A stretch of DNA of 64,000 nucleotides, taken from the NCBI GenBank assembly GCA_964016885.1, contig OZ024740.1, positions 149,234,001 through 149,298,000 of the forward strand. Direction: 5' to 3'. The notes under the pieces were generated by a model that was not told where the DNA came from, did no database searches, and worked only from the letters and a program-made list of their open reading frames with translations. The stretch is from Eledone cirrhosa (Eukaryota). A program made the position numbers and the translations under genes. This document shows, piece by piece, positions 39,134-51,854 of the stretch (positions within the stretch are counted from its first letter, which is position 1; each line of letters begins with the position of its first letter).

Positions 39134-41200
39134 TTACCTTACTTCTCGTAGAGGAAGGATGGTTTCTCCATCCCTTTCCATTTGATCGTCTGGTGAAGGG
39201 ACCGTTGAATCGTCCCTTCGGCTGGTCGTCGGCTCTTCTGTGAGTATATCCGAATATACTCTCCGGTTGAGTGTCCCTCCTAGGTCTCTGAAATCACCAA
39301 CTGCATTGGGGAATTTTATTTTAATGTTTGTGTATTTTTTCTGTACTATTCTTACCAGTCTTATGTTCGTTGGTGTTTTGATTGGTGCTGGTATTATGTA
39401 GTCGTGCTGTGAAATGTTTGTGTGTTTAATTATGTAAGTCATTAGTTTCTTGTTGTGTGTATTTATTGCTGTGCATTTTTTTTCTGGGGGTGGGCTGTGG
39501 TTCTGCTATTTTCTTGTAGTTTTTGCTGGGTGTGTGTGTTTTGTTGTTGTGTTTGCGTTGTTGGTGCTTGTGGTGGTGGTGTTGAAGGTGTTGTTGTTGT
39601 TGGCAGTGGGGTTTCCGCCGGTGGTGATGGTGGTGCTAGTGTGGGTGTTGTGATGGTGTTGGTGGTGTTGCTGCTGTAAGTTTCTTTCCAGTAGCCTTTA
39701 CCCTTTTTCATTTCTTCCCTCCGTTTTTGAAGCCGACGATGCGCTGATTCTGCGTTTGTGCCTTCTTGCGACATTTTGCCATCCCTCTCCCACCTCACAC
39801 TCCGTGTTCGATTTTGTGAGTTCGGGGAGGGGTACCAGCTCTACTCTTTCCCTTGTTCTTGTTGGTAATGGTTGCAGTGGAGTCTCTGTTGCAGCTGCAG
39901 TTGGTATTACTGTTGTTGTTAATACTTCCACTGCTGTTGCTGTTCTTGATTTCTGTGGCGTGGGTATGGGTACCACGGACCTATCCTTCCTGCTTGCCGC
40001 CTGTCCTGTTGCTGGAGCCGGTTTCGGAAGGAGGGGGTTTTCTCCTTTCTCAGGATCTTCTCATTGCAGAAGGCCCTGAGGTGAGTCTTCGACCCGCAGC
40101 GAAAGCATTTCGGGCGTTTGCCCTCAACACTTATGGGCAGTTGAGTGCCGTTATCGAAGTCTATCACATCCGGGATAGCTTCGATGCACTCCTGGTTGGT
40201 TTGAATTAACATCTCAATGGAGGTTCCTACCCAATCTTCTCGTACTTTTTTCTGTACTTGCAGTACAGTTGTTTTGTCCTCGAATCCGACGAGGACAGAC
40301 GAGTGGGGGGGGGGTCAGTTTGACCCTCACAATTTTTTCCCGCAGTAAGAGGGCACCAACACCATTTCCTCGCTCCTTAGGGTCACTAATGATTGAGCCT
40401 TTGCCTCCTGGGGTGTGGCAAAAAGCACGTCCACGGTGGCATATTTCTTGCCTCGGGTGATATGCGTTTACCGCTGCCACACAGACCCTAAGGCTTTTTG
40501 TATTTGAGCCTCTCTGGCTCTTTCAACCCTACGTGATTTTGTGCTTACTGTACGGTACTGCCTTGCAGATTGCTCGGTGTCCGGTTTCCGTCACCATCTT
40601 CTTTGCTTCCTGTAATTCCTCATTTGTTATAAGGATGGTTTCCAGATTCTTTGCGATACCTGCAAACGAGATTGGTTTTTCTTTCTTGTGGTTGTTGTTG
40701 TTGTCGTCAGAGCTGCTGTTACTTTTGTTGTTGCTGCTGGTACTACGACCGCCGCCGCCGCTGTTGCTGTTGTTGTTGTTGTTGCTGCTGCTGTTGTTTG
40801 TGCTGTTGCTGCTGCTGCTGCTGTTGTTGTTTATACTGCTGCTGATGTTGCGGCTGCTACTAGTGTTTTCCTTGTCACTGTTGCCGTTGCTGCTGTTATT
40901 ACGGCTGCTGCTGCTATTCTTCATGACGTCAGACGAATGAAATGGCTTTCCGTATTTACCGCACACATTTTTCGTCGTTGTCGTCGTCGTGGAGAAATGT
41001 TCCACGGAATGCACGTTCTCTTGGTGAAAGCTACCATAAACTATATTTTTCTTTTTCTGTAATGGCGTCGCTTGCGAAAGAGGCGTCACCACATTTAGAG
41101 AAGGGAGGGAGAGAGACAATCTTCTCTCTGATGTAGTGACGATTGAGGAAGAAGACGGAATGAGTGGGAGTGACTTGTGAAAATTCTTTTTTGTAGCCAT
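39134..41200 (-). pseudogene. Tx1 ORF1, frameshifted
   Basis: Starts MATKK; S/N-rich tract; VEGKRPKCFRCGSKTHLRAFC; ends LPLREVR*. Confidence 0.75.
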
Positions 41201-41437
41201 ATTTTTTTTACGGTTTAAAATGAATATTGGGCACAAAACCTCAATAAGCGGTTATTTAACACCGAACGGCCAAATAACGGGCAGAAAGACCCCTCTCACG
41301 AGGAGGAGGGTGTTTTTATCTACAATTTGGTTCAAGTTTTAAACAATTTAAAATTGTTATAGTGGTTAAAAATTACTATACCTTACAGAGCCTAGCCTCC
41401 GTCAACCATGGCATTCAATAATAATAATAATAAAAAT

Positions 41438-44400
41438 GATTTCTTTATTGACCACAAGGGCTGACATCAAGAAAAACATTACAGACGGCACAGGACGGTA
41501 AAGGACGCTACGATGTGGGTTTTGTGCGTGTAAAGATTTTTATTATTTATATAAGAAAAGAAAAAAAAAGACATAGAAACATATATATATATATATAAAC
41601 AATAAAAATGAAAATTGAAACAATGAAAAATTCCCAATAGGGTGGAAACCTTCGAAGGTTACTTGTGGCGAAAATCACACAAAAGACCACGGCCACCCTG
41701 ACCACCAGGGCAAGCGCTCTCTCTCAATTTTTCTATTTCTCAAAGTACAGGCGTATATCCGTTCACTCGGACTATTATCGCTACATTCACCCACCTTTCA
41801 ACAAACTTGCTAGAAGGCAGCACTTGCTACATTCACCCACCTTTCAACCTTGTCCACCACACAATCTCTTCGCCATGGCCACCAGGCAGATGAAAACCGC
41901 CTGCCCTTCCTCCTCGAAGGAAGACGGCGAGACAATCTGCACAATGGACTCAGTCGATAGCCGGATCAATCCTACACGCAACAGCAACTGTTCGACATAT
42001 TAACCGCAATTTAACCGGTCCGTCCGTCAAGCGCCCGACGACGCTGTTGGACGACATGGACCTACCTCTCCAGGTGCCGAGCTGCAGGCCCACTGACATT
42101 TCCTGGTTTATCTTTTCTCCTGTCACCGCTTCGTATTCCTTGAGAGCGGTGTCGAGCATCTGGACGTGACTGGTGTTCGACACCACCACGGTGATGTCGT
42201 CGGCATAAGTCGACTCGGATTTCCTGCATCCTAGTTCGCGTGGGGCTTTCCCTCACCGTCTCCAATTTGTGCAGTAACGGCTCTAGGTTCAGTACGTACA
42301 AGAGGGACGAGAGGGAGCCGAGCACATGATGCTGAAAGGTTGCGACAGGTGACCATTCACCCTCACAAACGAGCAGATGTCACTGTGCATCGCAGCGATC
42401 CAGCCCCTAAAAACGAGCCCGAAGCCGGCCGCCTCGAGGACCGCAGCCAGGTACCGATGGTCGACCCTATCAAATGCTTTAGATAGATGCAAGTTGTTCA
42501 GAGCCCCACCCGTTCCAAGTTCCTTAACCACTCTCTTTATGCAGTATCGCATGAGATGGAGGTTGTCCTGGATGGATCTGTCCGGAATGGCGCGTATCTG
42601 CGCCTCTCTCACCAGATCACCGACGATAAGCGCCAATCTCTTTGCTAAGACCTTGGCCAAAATCTTAAACTCTGCGTTTAGCAGAGTTATGAGGCTGAAG
42701 TTGTCTATAACGTCCCTCTTGTTCGGGTCTTTTCTCAGCAGCGCCACCGATTCTCGGCTCACAAAACTGGTAATGCTCCCGTTCTGCTGCCAGTTGCAGT
42801 AGACATCTGCCACGAGGCCGCCGAACAATTCTGGCATATACGTATAAAGCTCGTAGGCCAGACCATCCAAACCTGGCGATTTACCCCTCGTGCAGTCAGA
42901 CATCGCTTCCCGTATTTCACCTGCTGTTATCGGCTTTTGGCAGCACTGCGCTGCGGTCGTCGAGAGCTGCGGCAGTCCGTCAAGGTATGCTCCGCCGCTC
43001 CCGAACAATTGAGCAAAGTGCTGTTGAAAAGCCGCACACATCTGCTCGAACCCGAGCGACATGCGCCCGTTTTGATCAGGCAAAGACCGAGTTGTGGACT
43101 TGTTGCCAGGTCGGCCTCCATCACCCGAGCCCATTGAACGGCTTTCGTCGGTTGCGATGCCTGTCCTAAACGCCTCTTCTAGCTTTCTAACTAACTCTCC
43201 CTCTACTCTATTTTCCTCTATCACTACTCCTTTGCTAAACCTTATCGATTCTACTCTAATAGCCCTTTTCAGGGTAAACCACCTCCTGTTGTTGACGATT
43301 GCACCCGTCAACGTACGCTTAACTAATTCGCTAAACCTGTAAGCTTTGCGCGCCGGAAACGACGCGTTCAGCTTCCAGTTGAGGCTTTTACACCCTCCTG
43401 CCCTGTCTACTATCCCCACATAATCCCAGCGTGCATCTAAAATACCGTGCCAGTCGCCCACTAACACTAAAGAGTGGGACGTTTCAAGAAAGGTCTCTAG
43501 ACGTCTGAAGAAATCTGGCCTTCCTGCCGCTGTTGGGGCGTAGACGGCTACTAGCCTGAAAGCATTGCCTTCGCTGCCGGTCACGTCCAGCACCACCGAC
43601 TTACCTTCTGGGTTCAGGAAAATGGCCCGTATGGCGAGATCCAAGCCTCTCCGAAAAAGCACGACAACCCCTCCCCCCTGGACGGCTGGGAGATGCGTAT
43701 ACATCGTAGCCGCCGAAGATCGGTGCGAAGGCTCGTGCTTCAGCGATTCTGGTCTCGTTGATGGCTACCACATCTATGTTTAGTGACCTGAGGTCGTTGA
43801 GCAGGTGACCCTGCTTCCAAGATGACCCCAGGCCACGTACATTTATACTGCCTATTCTAAGTACGGCCATGTTGGATGAGAAACGGGATAAGTGAGAAAG
43901 GATCAATTACCTTGATCGTGTGGTGAAGGGACAGTAGAACCGTCTCTTTGGCTGGTCATGGGTATTTTCAAGAGGATGTCGGTGTATATTCTCTTGGTAA
44001 CCGAACCTCTGAAGTCTCCAACTGCGTTGGGGAATTTTTCTTTTAAAAATGTGTACTGTTCTATTTTGATTTCAATGATGTTTATGTCTTTCGGGAGAGT
44101 TCTTGGTGTTGGTGGGGGTGTAGTAATTTTTTTCTGTGATGTCTGTGTGCTGCTTTATATGTTGTAAGAGTTCTTTATTTGCTATGTTTATGGCTGTGTA
44201 CTTTTTGGGGGGGAGGGGGGATTTTGTTGCTCTTTTCTTGTTGCTGTTGGGTGTGTGTGTGTGTTTTGTTGTGTTTGCGATGTTGGTGTTTTTGGTGATG
44301 CTGGTTGTGGTGTGGTTGTTGTTAGTGGTGATGTATGTGGTGGTGATGGTGATGGTGGTGGCGTTGCTGTAAGTCTCCTTGCAGTCTTTACCAATCTTTG

Positions 44401-45153
44401 TTTGCCTTAGCTTTTGGAGAGTGAAGCTAAGGGTTTTTTCCTTTTTTGTTTTTTTGTGGCAGACAGTTTGCCACTTCCCTCCCGCCTCATACTCCATGTC
44501 GGATTCCGTGGCGTCTGGGAGGGGTATGAGCTCCACTGCTTTTGGTGGTGGTAGTGGAGCCCGCTCCGGCATTTTGCCGCCGGTGGAGCCACTGCGACTG
44601 TTGGTGTTGCCGCCAATGCTGCCGCTGTTTTAGTTATCCGTGGCCTTGGTATGGGTGCCACGGACGTTGCCCCCCCCCCCCCCCCCCCAACTCACCATGG
44701 AAGGGTCTTCTGCCTCTGTTGCCTGCCCTGCTCTTGGTAGCAGCGGATCAGGCGTCGGAAGGAGTGGGGCCCTCTTCTTCGCTGTCTTCTGCGGGCAGAA
44801 GGCCCTGAGGTGACTCTTCTGCCCACAGAGATAGCACTTTGGGCGCCTTCCTTCCACGCTTATAGGGAGTTGGAGTCCTTCTTCGAGGTCTATGATATCT
44901 GGGATGACCTCGATGCACTCCTGGTCAGTCTGTATTAGCATTTGTATGCCTATTCCTGACCAGTTCTCTCTTCCCATTCTCTGTATTTGCAGTATGGTGG
45001 TATTCTCCTCGATTCCAGCCAGTACAGATGCAGCTAGCACGTCGCGCCGGGCCTGGGTTTCTTTGACCCTCACAATTTTCTGACCGCAGTAGGAGGGCAC
45101 CAAGACGATCTCCTCACTCTTTGGGGTTTCCAAAGAGTGAGACTTCGCCTCTT
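41438..45153 (-). mobile_element. Tx1/L1-clade element, copy 3 (5'-truncated, internally deleted, more diverged)
   Basis: ORF2 starts MAVLRIGSINVRGL at 43870; ORF1 knuckle CYLCGQKSHLRAFC; deletions at ~42001 and ~43380; 3' AATAAAGAAATC next to (ATT)n; 5' joined to (TTC)n. Confidence 0.88.
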
Positions 45154-45158
45154 GGAAG

Positions 45159-45188
<30 letters not shown>
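45154..45188. repeat. (AAG)n, right boundary of the array
   Basis: Direct run. Confidence 0.97.
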
Positions 45189-45189
<1 letters not shown>

Positions 45190-45799
45190 TAATAGTGAAT
45201 AAGAACTATGCTATCAATTATCTTGTACTTGCTTCCGTCATTAGAGTACAGGTGTATTGGATGGAGCACACCTTGAAAAGGATTAGTCGATCATATCAAA
45301 CACACCTACTTATTTTATCGATACCTTTTTCTTGAACGTACATAATTGATACAGTACATGAACAAAGAGTAAATATAAACACACACACACTCACATACAC
45401 ACTAACACACACAAACACAAACACACACAAACACACACACACGCATATATATATATACATAAATATATATAAATGAAAATTATAGAAATTATTGTAGCAA
45501 GAATCCAACAGTATTCCATAATATATAAGTGACTATAACGTCAAAATGGAAAAATAGTTAACGTAAGATGTGGGAAAATAATTCAAACTCAATTCAAAAA
45601 GAATCAGGATATAGATTCCTCCACAGAATTTGGTGAAATCTATGGAAAAATCAATAGAGCCTTAACTCAGAATAAAATAAAGTTTAAAATACTCATCCTT
45701 CAATTTGGAAAAACTACAAATGCTCTGTATAGTCTTAAAAGACTATTTCACGAAACTTTCAGTTGGGATGGTCACGGTTGGAATCGATCATTAGCATAT

Positions 45800-45831
<32 letters not shown>

Positions 45832-46546
45832 GCATATACTTACATATTTATATAATATATAATTGTTTCTACTTTAGGCACAAGGCCAGCAATTACCCAG
45901 AGTGCATTACTGGTACATTATTTTATCGACCCCGTAAGGATGAAAGGCAAAGTCAACCTCGGCGGGATTTGAACTTATTTATATAATATATAGATAGATA
46001 GATATAGATATATAAGTATGTGGGTGTGTGTTTACGGTGTGTGTTTGTCTGTGTATATATAATATACGACGGGCTTCTACACAATTTCTATCTACCAGAT
46101 TTCACACACATTCGTCAACCTGAGGCTATAGTAGAATAGACTTTTCCAGAGTGTCCTGTGGAAAAAGAATTAGATTGCAGAAAGCTCTTAAATTTAAAAT
46201 AGTATCACAAGATCTTCAATAATATATCAATGTATATTAATGTATTATTGTTTTATAAATGAAAAACTATTCTTGCCCTGTAGGAAATAATCAAACATAT
46301 GAATATTTTAAAATTAGTTAAACCATTCAATTACGTATTTATTTTCGACAAGTACTGGTGGCAACGTTTTACAGTAGTCCTCCGGTATTCGTAGGAGTTA
46401 CGTTCTTAGAGCACCCGCGAAGAGTGAAAAACCACGAATATTGGACGAGAACCATAAAAATGCCTATAAACATCAAAATATAACGCTCTTATATCTAAGA
46501 GCGTCCAATAGACCAGCAAATACGGTATATTATTATTAATAATATA

Positions 46547-46735
46547 GCGGTGGATTGGCAGTATCAGTAGAGGGTCGGACGCCATGCTTTGACGCAAAGA
46601 GTTACGTCCCTTTACGATCTGAGTTCAAATCCCGCCGAGGTTAACTTTGCCTTTCATCCTTACGGGATCGATAAAAAAAAGTACCAGTAATGTACTGGAT
46701 AATTGCTGGCCTTGTGCCAAAAGTAGAAACAATTA
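46547..46735 (+). mobile_element. tRNA-derived SINE (family A), complete copy
   Basis: TGGCAGTATCAGT A-box-like, GAGTTCAAATCC B box, shared body and tail. Confidence 0.85.
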
Positions 46736-47072
46736 TTAATGCCACAAAAAAGGCATTAAAACATCACGGAAGATATTTACGATTCCGTGAATATGCGGTG
46801 GTTTCCACGAATAATTATTAGTTAGGTTCTAAGGAAATTTCCGCGAATAACTGGGACCGCAAATGCCGGTGGTACACTGTATATGTTTAGGCTTTATTCT
46901 GACCTCCGCAGCTAAACATAGATTTCATCATATTTGTTATATTCAGTAGTAAAGTAATAGCTAAGTAAATGAACATAACTGTACATGGTTGGCCTAAGAA
47001 AATAGAATTAAGCATAGCATAAATAACGCACAATCCCCATCAACTTGGAAGCAATAGATGTAGATGTACATA

Positions 47073-47170
47073 CAGGGTGTCCCAACAAATGTATAGACAC
47101 TTTGATTATCTGTACAGGCAATATTTAATAGAATGTTGTTGAAGTGTGTATACATTTTTGTGATACCCTG
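47073..47170. mobile_element. Tc1/mariner-type MITE
   Basis: TA|CAGGGTGTCCCAACAAATGTATAGACACTT...AAGTGTGTATACATTTTTGTGATACCCTG|TA: ~30-bp imperfect TIRs with TA target duplication. Confidence 0.8.
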
Positions 47171-47202
47171 TATATGCTCGTATATGCTCTGTATATGTTC
47201 GT

Positions 47203-47253
<51 letters not shown>

Positions 47254-47255
<2 letters not shown>

Positions 47256-47477
47256 GTGACGGACTGGGACTAAAAATATTGGTTGCCAGGAGATGAAGGG
47301 GGCCCACCTACATATAGAATGCTATCATTTAATTTTTATAATGAATAAATAACATTTTTTTTAAATACATAAGTGGAAACAAAACAGTGCAATCAAATTT
47401 TTACGGGAAAATAACTTACCTTCTCCAATAAAACATATTATGTATTTTGCGAAATCCAGAGACTTTCAATGACGACC
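47254..47477 (+). mobile_element. Left end of a hAT-like non-autonomous element
   Basis: CAGTGACGGACTGG terminus; similar to 59226-59423. Confidence 0.55.
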
Positions 47478-47815
47478 AGAGGTCGACCCTAAATATTACT
47501 AGTAGCTCTAGGAAAGCCATGAACGACACCACATCTTTTTAACTTTGATTTTGAAAGTAGGTTTATAATTATTTATACATGTTTTTGCATGTCAGATTCA
47601 AACTTACAATGATTGGCATTGTATATATATATATAACCAAATATTAATAAGGTTCATTGATTACTCAATGAATATAGTTTTACAATAGAATAAAAGCAAT
47701 CAACAGTGAAGTTTTATGGAGTTATTAATATTATTGAAAATATTAATAAATAGGGACATTTACATAATCAAAATATATGTTTTATTATATATATTTCGGA
47801 GGTGCTGTGCTGTTA

Positions 47816-47877
47816 TTTTATTATATATATTTCGGAGGTACTGTGGTGTTTTTTTAGTACGCCCTCATCAGATAAAA
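47816..47877 (-). ncRNA. Type I hammerhead ribozyme
   Basis: ttttat-CTGATGA-gggcgtact...agtacctcc-GAAA-tatata-TA-ataaaa. Confidence 0.78.
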
Positions 47878-47996
47878 TATATGTATTGATGTATGACATA
47901 CCTCAACTGTGTTGATGGTTCAATTTCAGTCTTGGCAGTCAAGATTGAAATTGAACCATCAACACAGTTGAGGTATGTCATACATCAATTCATATA

Positions 47997-48058
47997 TTTT
48001 ATCTGATGAGGACATACTGAAAAAACAGCACAGTACCTCCGAAATATATATAATAAAA
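47997..48058 (+). ncRNA. Type I hammerhead ribozyme
   Basis: ttttat-CTGATGA-ggacatactg...cagtacctcc-GAAA-tatata-TA-ataaaa. Confidence 0.78.
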
Positions 48059-48102
48059 CATATATTTTGATTATGTAAATGTCTCCATTTATTAATATTT
48101 TG

Positions 48103-48166
<64 letters not shown>

Positions 48167-48914
48167 TGTTTGCTAAAATAATCAAATTAAATTAATTCAA
48201 CCGTTAAACACAGATAGGGATAATTAGGTTGTTACCAAAGAGCCATATGATTGATAAGTCGACCCTAAATATTACTAATAGCTCTAGGAAAGCCACGAAC
48301 GACTCCACATATTTTTAACTTTGATTTTGAAAGTACGTTTATAATTAAACGTTTATAATTAAAGTACATTTATAATTAAATAAGCATACGCGAAAACACT
48401 CGCCATGTGTATGCAAATACAAGCACGTACACAAAAAACACACGCACATACAGAACCCACGCAAGGCCTGTACCCGCACACATACGAACGTATACACCAA
48501 ATACACATAAAAATATATATATTAATTAAATAAACGTATATAAATATACACACATAAATACGTATATAACGCGCGCACACACATACCTACATGTAAATAC
48601 ACATATGTTCGCAGACGTACGTCAACCAAAATACAAAGTACACATATACACACACCCTACATATGTACGAACCCACATACTCACACAGGCGCAAAACTCA
48701 CGAATACACTTAACCAAATACACATGTACCAGTATATATAATACATACGCCATAACATATACAAGAAAATATACGTACGAGAAAGTATACGTAACTTCAC
48801 AAAACATACAGGTAATATATACTTACCTATACAAATAAGTAATGGTATAAACATAACATATACTTAGCTGCCACATCAAGACGTAAAATATCCGCGTATA
48901 GTTCGTACTATCCG

Positions 48915-49890
48915 TTAGGGTATAATGTAATACAGGAATGTTTTATGCAATTTATGTTTACAAGCCGAAATTGCCTCAGAATTTTTGTTTAAGATGTGGT
49001 CTTTGGCGTAGAGTATTTCCATGGCCTCAGCGGCGCAGAGGTCACATGGTCTTTTATTTTCCGTTATACGATATAGCCTTACTAGATACTTATATTGTAA
49101 TTTATATTGGGTGTGGTTGTCTTTTAGACTCCAGATATAAGCTGAAATTAACGTCATATTCCTTCTTAAAGGGTTAAGAAAAGAATGGGTATCCATGTAA
49201 AGACGCTGCTTGAATCTATTGGCGGTTAACCCTATGTAGGCCCTACGGGACGTGGGTGTTTCAACCTTACATTTGTAGACAATATTACTAGAGAGGCATT
49301 TCCCGGGTAGGGGCAGTCAACCCGATTCCTACAATTACAGTTAGTACTAGCTACAGAGTTGCACGTATTCCTACGGCTAGGTAATTTAGCTAAATTTGAA
49401 GCTGTGATGTTATGTGCAATGTTAGGAGTCGTAGAGTAAGACATTTTAATGGTATTTCTATTAAAAATGTTATTATATTTATGTGCTGGGGGGGGATGCT
49501 TCATAATATGGGGGAGAAAGATCTTAGCTAATGGTGTGGCCACCTCCATATTATATGGTGGGTTATACCATATAATGCGTCGGAATCTATTTTTCCTAGG
49601 TCTATTCTTGTACTCTGTATATGCTACCTTATCGACAAATCCACTCCGAGCAAGAGCTTCATTGTAATATGTGGAATGGTCGTTGAAAATATGCTCGTTA
49701 GTAGATAGACGGGAAAGCCTCAAAGAAACATTTCTTACCAGGTTCTTGGTTATGCTGGCAGAATGGTTAGAATGCTTACTTATGTAATTAAGCGTATCAT
49801 TCGGCTTTCTATACGGGTAGTGCAAGCCATTCGACAAATTGAGGGTAACGTCGAGGTAATTAACGACCGATAGGTTGGCCTCAACCTGTA
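48915..49890 (-). pseudogene. Penelope RT C-terminus, linker and GIY-YIG, frameshifted
   Basis: VNYLDVTLNL..PYRKPND..YISKHSNH; IIWYNPPY; IFNRNTIKMSYS; CNCR..CP; CDLCAAE..ILNKNSEAISACKH. Confidence 0.88.
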
Positions 49891-50702
49891 TGGAGAGGTT
49901 GTGCGGGTACAGGCGTTGTGTGGGTTCTGTATGAGCGTGCGTGTTTTTTTGTGTACGTGCTTGCATTTGCATACCCATGGCGAGTGTTTTCGCGTATGCT
50001 TGTGTATGTACGTATATGGATGCGTGTATGTATATATTTAATTTCAATCACCTCTGTATTTTATTTACTTTATTCTTAACTCTGAAGCCGAGAATCATTC
50101 GGTTTCCTAAATAGAATTTTAGTCTACGACTTCAGTTATATCATTTACGTGGTTTTGTCTTTGCGTGTAATTGTTCTCACCGCTCCACATAATGACGTAT
50201 TATCTTCGTTTTTTCCGTTCATTGCCAGAGAACGTCTCCATGAACCACCTAATAGAATATTAGTCTACGACTTCATTTATACCATAAACGTGGTTTTGTC
50301 TGCGTGTAATTGTTTTCACCGCACCAAATAATTGTTTCTACTTTTAGCACAAGGCCATCAATTAATCCAGTGTATTACTGGTACTTTATTTTATCGAGCC
50401 TGTAAGGCTGCCTAAAAGGCAAAGTTAACCTCGGCGGGATTTGAACTCAGACCGTAACGGGCTGTAACCTTATGCCGCAAAACATTGCGTCCGACCTTGT
50501 CGGCGCCCTGTTGACGCTTCGTGCTTTCATCACGAGCAAACCCACCGATACTGCCAATCCGCCGCACCAAATAATGACGTATTATCTTCGTTTTTTTCCG
50601 TTCTTTGCCAGGGAACGATTCCACGAACCAAAGTATAGTCTTCCTGTTTTCTTTCGGTTACAACGTTTTTTGAAATATTTACTTCTGCGTTCACAGATTT
50701 TT

Positions 50703-50753
50703 AGTTTCAGAAGATCCCGTTAAGGGTGAAAGCAGCGATTCTTTGCTTAAACT
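50703..50753 (+). ncRNA. Type I hammerhead-like motif, U4A core variant
   Basis: agttt-CAGAAGA-tccc(gttaa)gggt-GAAA-gcag(cgattct)ttgc-TT-aaact; AATAAA ~15 nt downstream. Confidence 0.65.
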
Positions 50754-51037
50754 TTAATCTGTTATTTTAATAAATATATATATATTTGGTGTTATGACAA
50801 TACTATATATCATTTCACACCTTTTATTATTAAGGTTTTTGATGTTCTATTGAGAGAATCGTTTTTACTGAAAATATCGAATAATGTACACCATTTTTAT
50901 CAGTATCACAAAAATACTGGTCCACCCACACACACACACACACACATACATACACATATACACACACCCACACATATATACACACTCACACATATATACA
51001 CATACACATACACACGCATACACTAACATACAAAGAG

Positions 51038-51077
<40 letters not shown>

Positions 51078-51325
51078 CTCCGTATAAGACAAGGGCTGAA
51101 AAATATCTTTTAACATGTTAAAATATCCCCCATACACGTACAGACACATTCCTACTGACCGATCCCACTACCACGAATTACTCTGCTACACACACACACA
51201 CTTGTCTTAATAGGTACCTGAACTATTGACCTGTCAATATGACTGCAATTCACACACACATCCCTACTGACCATTATCACAACAATGAACCTCTTTACTA
51301 CTACTACACACACACACACACATAC

Positions 51326-51428
<103 letters not shown>

Positions 51429-51854
51429 TTGTCTTAAAAGACTTATTTTTCAGTGACTTCTCAATCAGCCGAGACAAAGCTACATTTGGCGCAAAATCAA
51501 TTTTTAACATTCACATGATCTCTACCGACCAATCAAAATTGTTTTGACCATATGAATTTTTGCAACAGGAATTGGCGCGAAACTTATTTTAATACATCTG
51601 GAGCCACTTTTCTCACATAAAACAGGTAGAATTTCCAAAACTAATCAGATTAGAGCAAACATCACGGGCGCTCTATCTCAAAATTATTTTTGAAAAGCAT
51701 TAGAAATGCGCAACCGGTAAAAACTTAAAACCAAAACTGAATACTAACCAATACTTATTACTAATTTTTACTTATTCCTAATCAAACTATTTTTCACTGG
51801 GAACAATTTGTCAGCATTTTCTTTTCCTTTTACCAATATATATATATATAGTTT

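Larger units (their letters stand above)
35426..41416 (-). mobile_element. Tx1/L1-clade element, copy 2 (full length, recombinant)
   Basis: ORF2 is closely similar to copy 1, while ORF1 and the 5'UTR differ; (AAT)n on both sides. Confidence 0.9.
47728..48110. mobile_element. ~380-bp palindromic Penelope pLTR fold-back with a hammerhead in each arm
   Basis: Arms are reverse complements around a 5-nt loop (CTTG-GCAGT-CAAG, ~47931-47943). Confidence 0.8.
48383..50775 (-). mobile_element. 5'-truncated Penelope-like element with an inverted pLTR at its 5' side (interrupted by the SINE at 50330-50567)
   Basis: 48383-48480 is inverted at 49899-50001; ~49980-50775 is the reverse complement of the 3' region of the copy at ~57565-58130. 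Confidence 0.85.

Noticed and set aside
19260-41416. Simple tandem segmental duplication of a Dong+Tx1 unit, or one composite element
   Set aside because: The Tx1 5'UTR/ORF1 halves are not alignable while ORF2 is, the extra truncated Dong is in only one block, and the Tx1 family also occurs alone (15975, 61410).
20675-45083. ORFs antisense to the Dong and Tx1 reading frames
   Set aside because: Shadow frames of retrotransposon coding sequence, with no motifs of their own.
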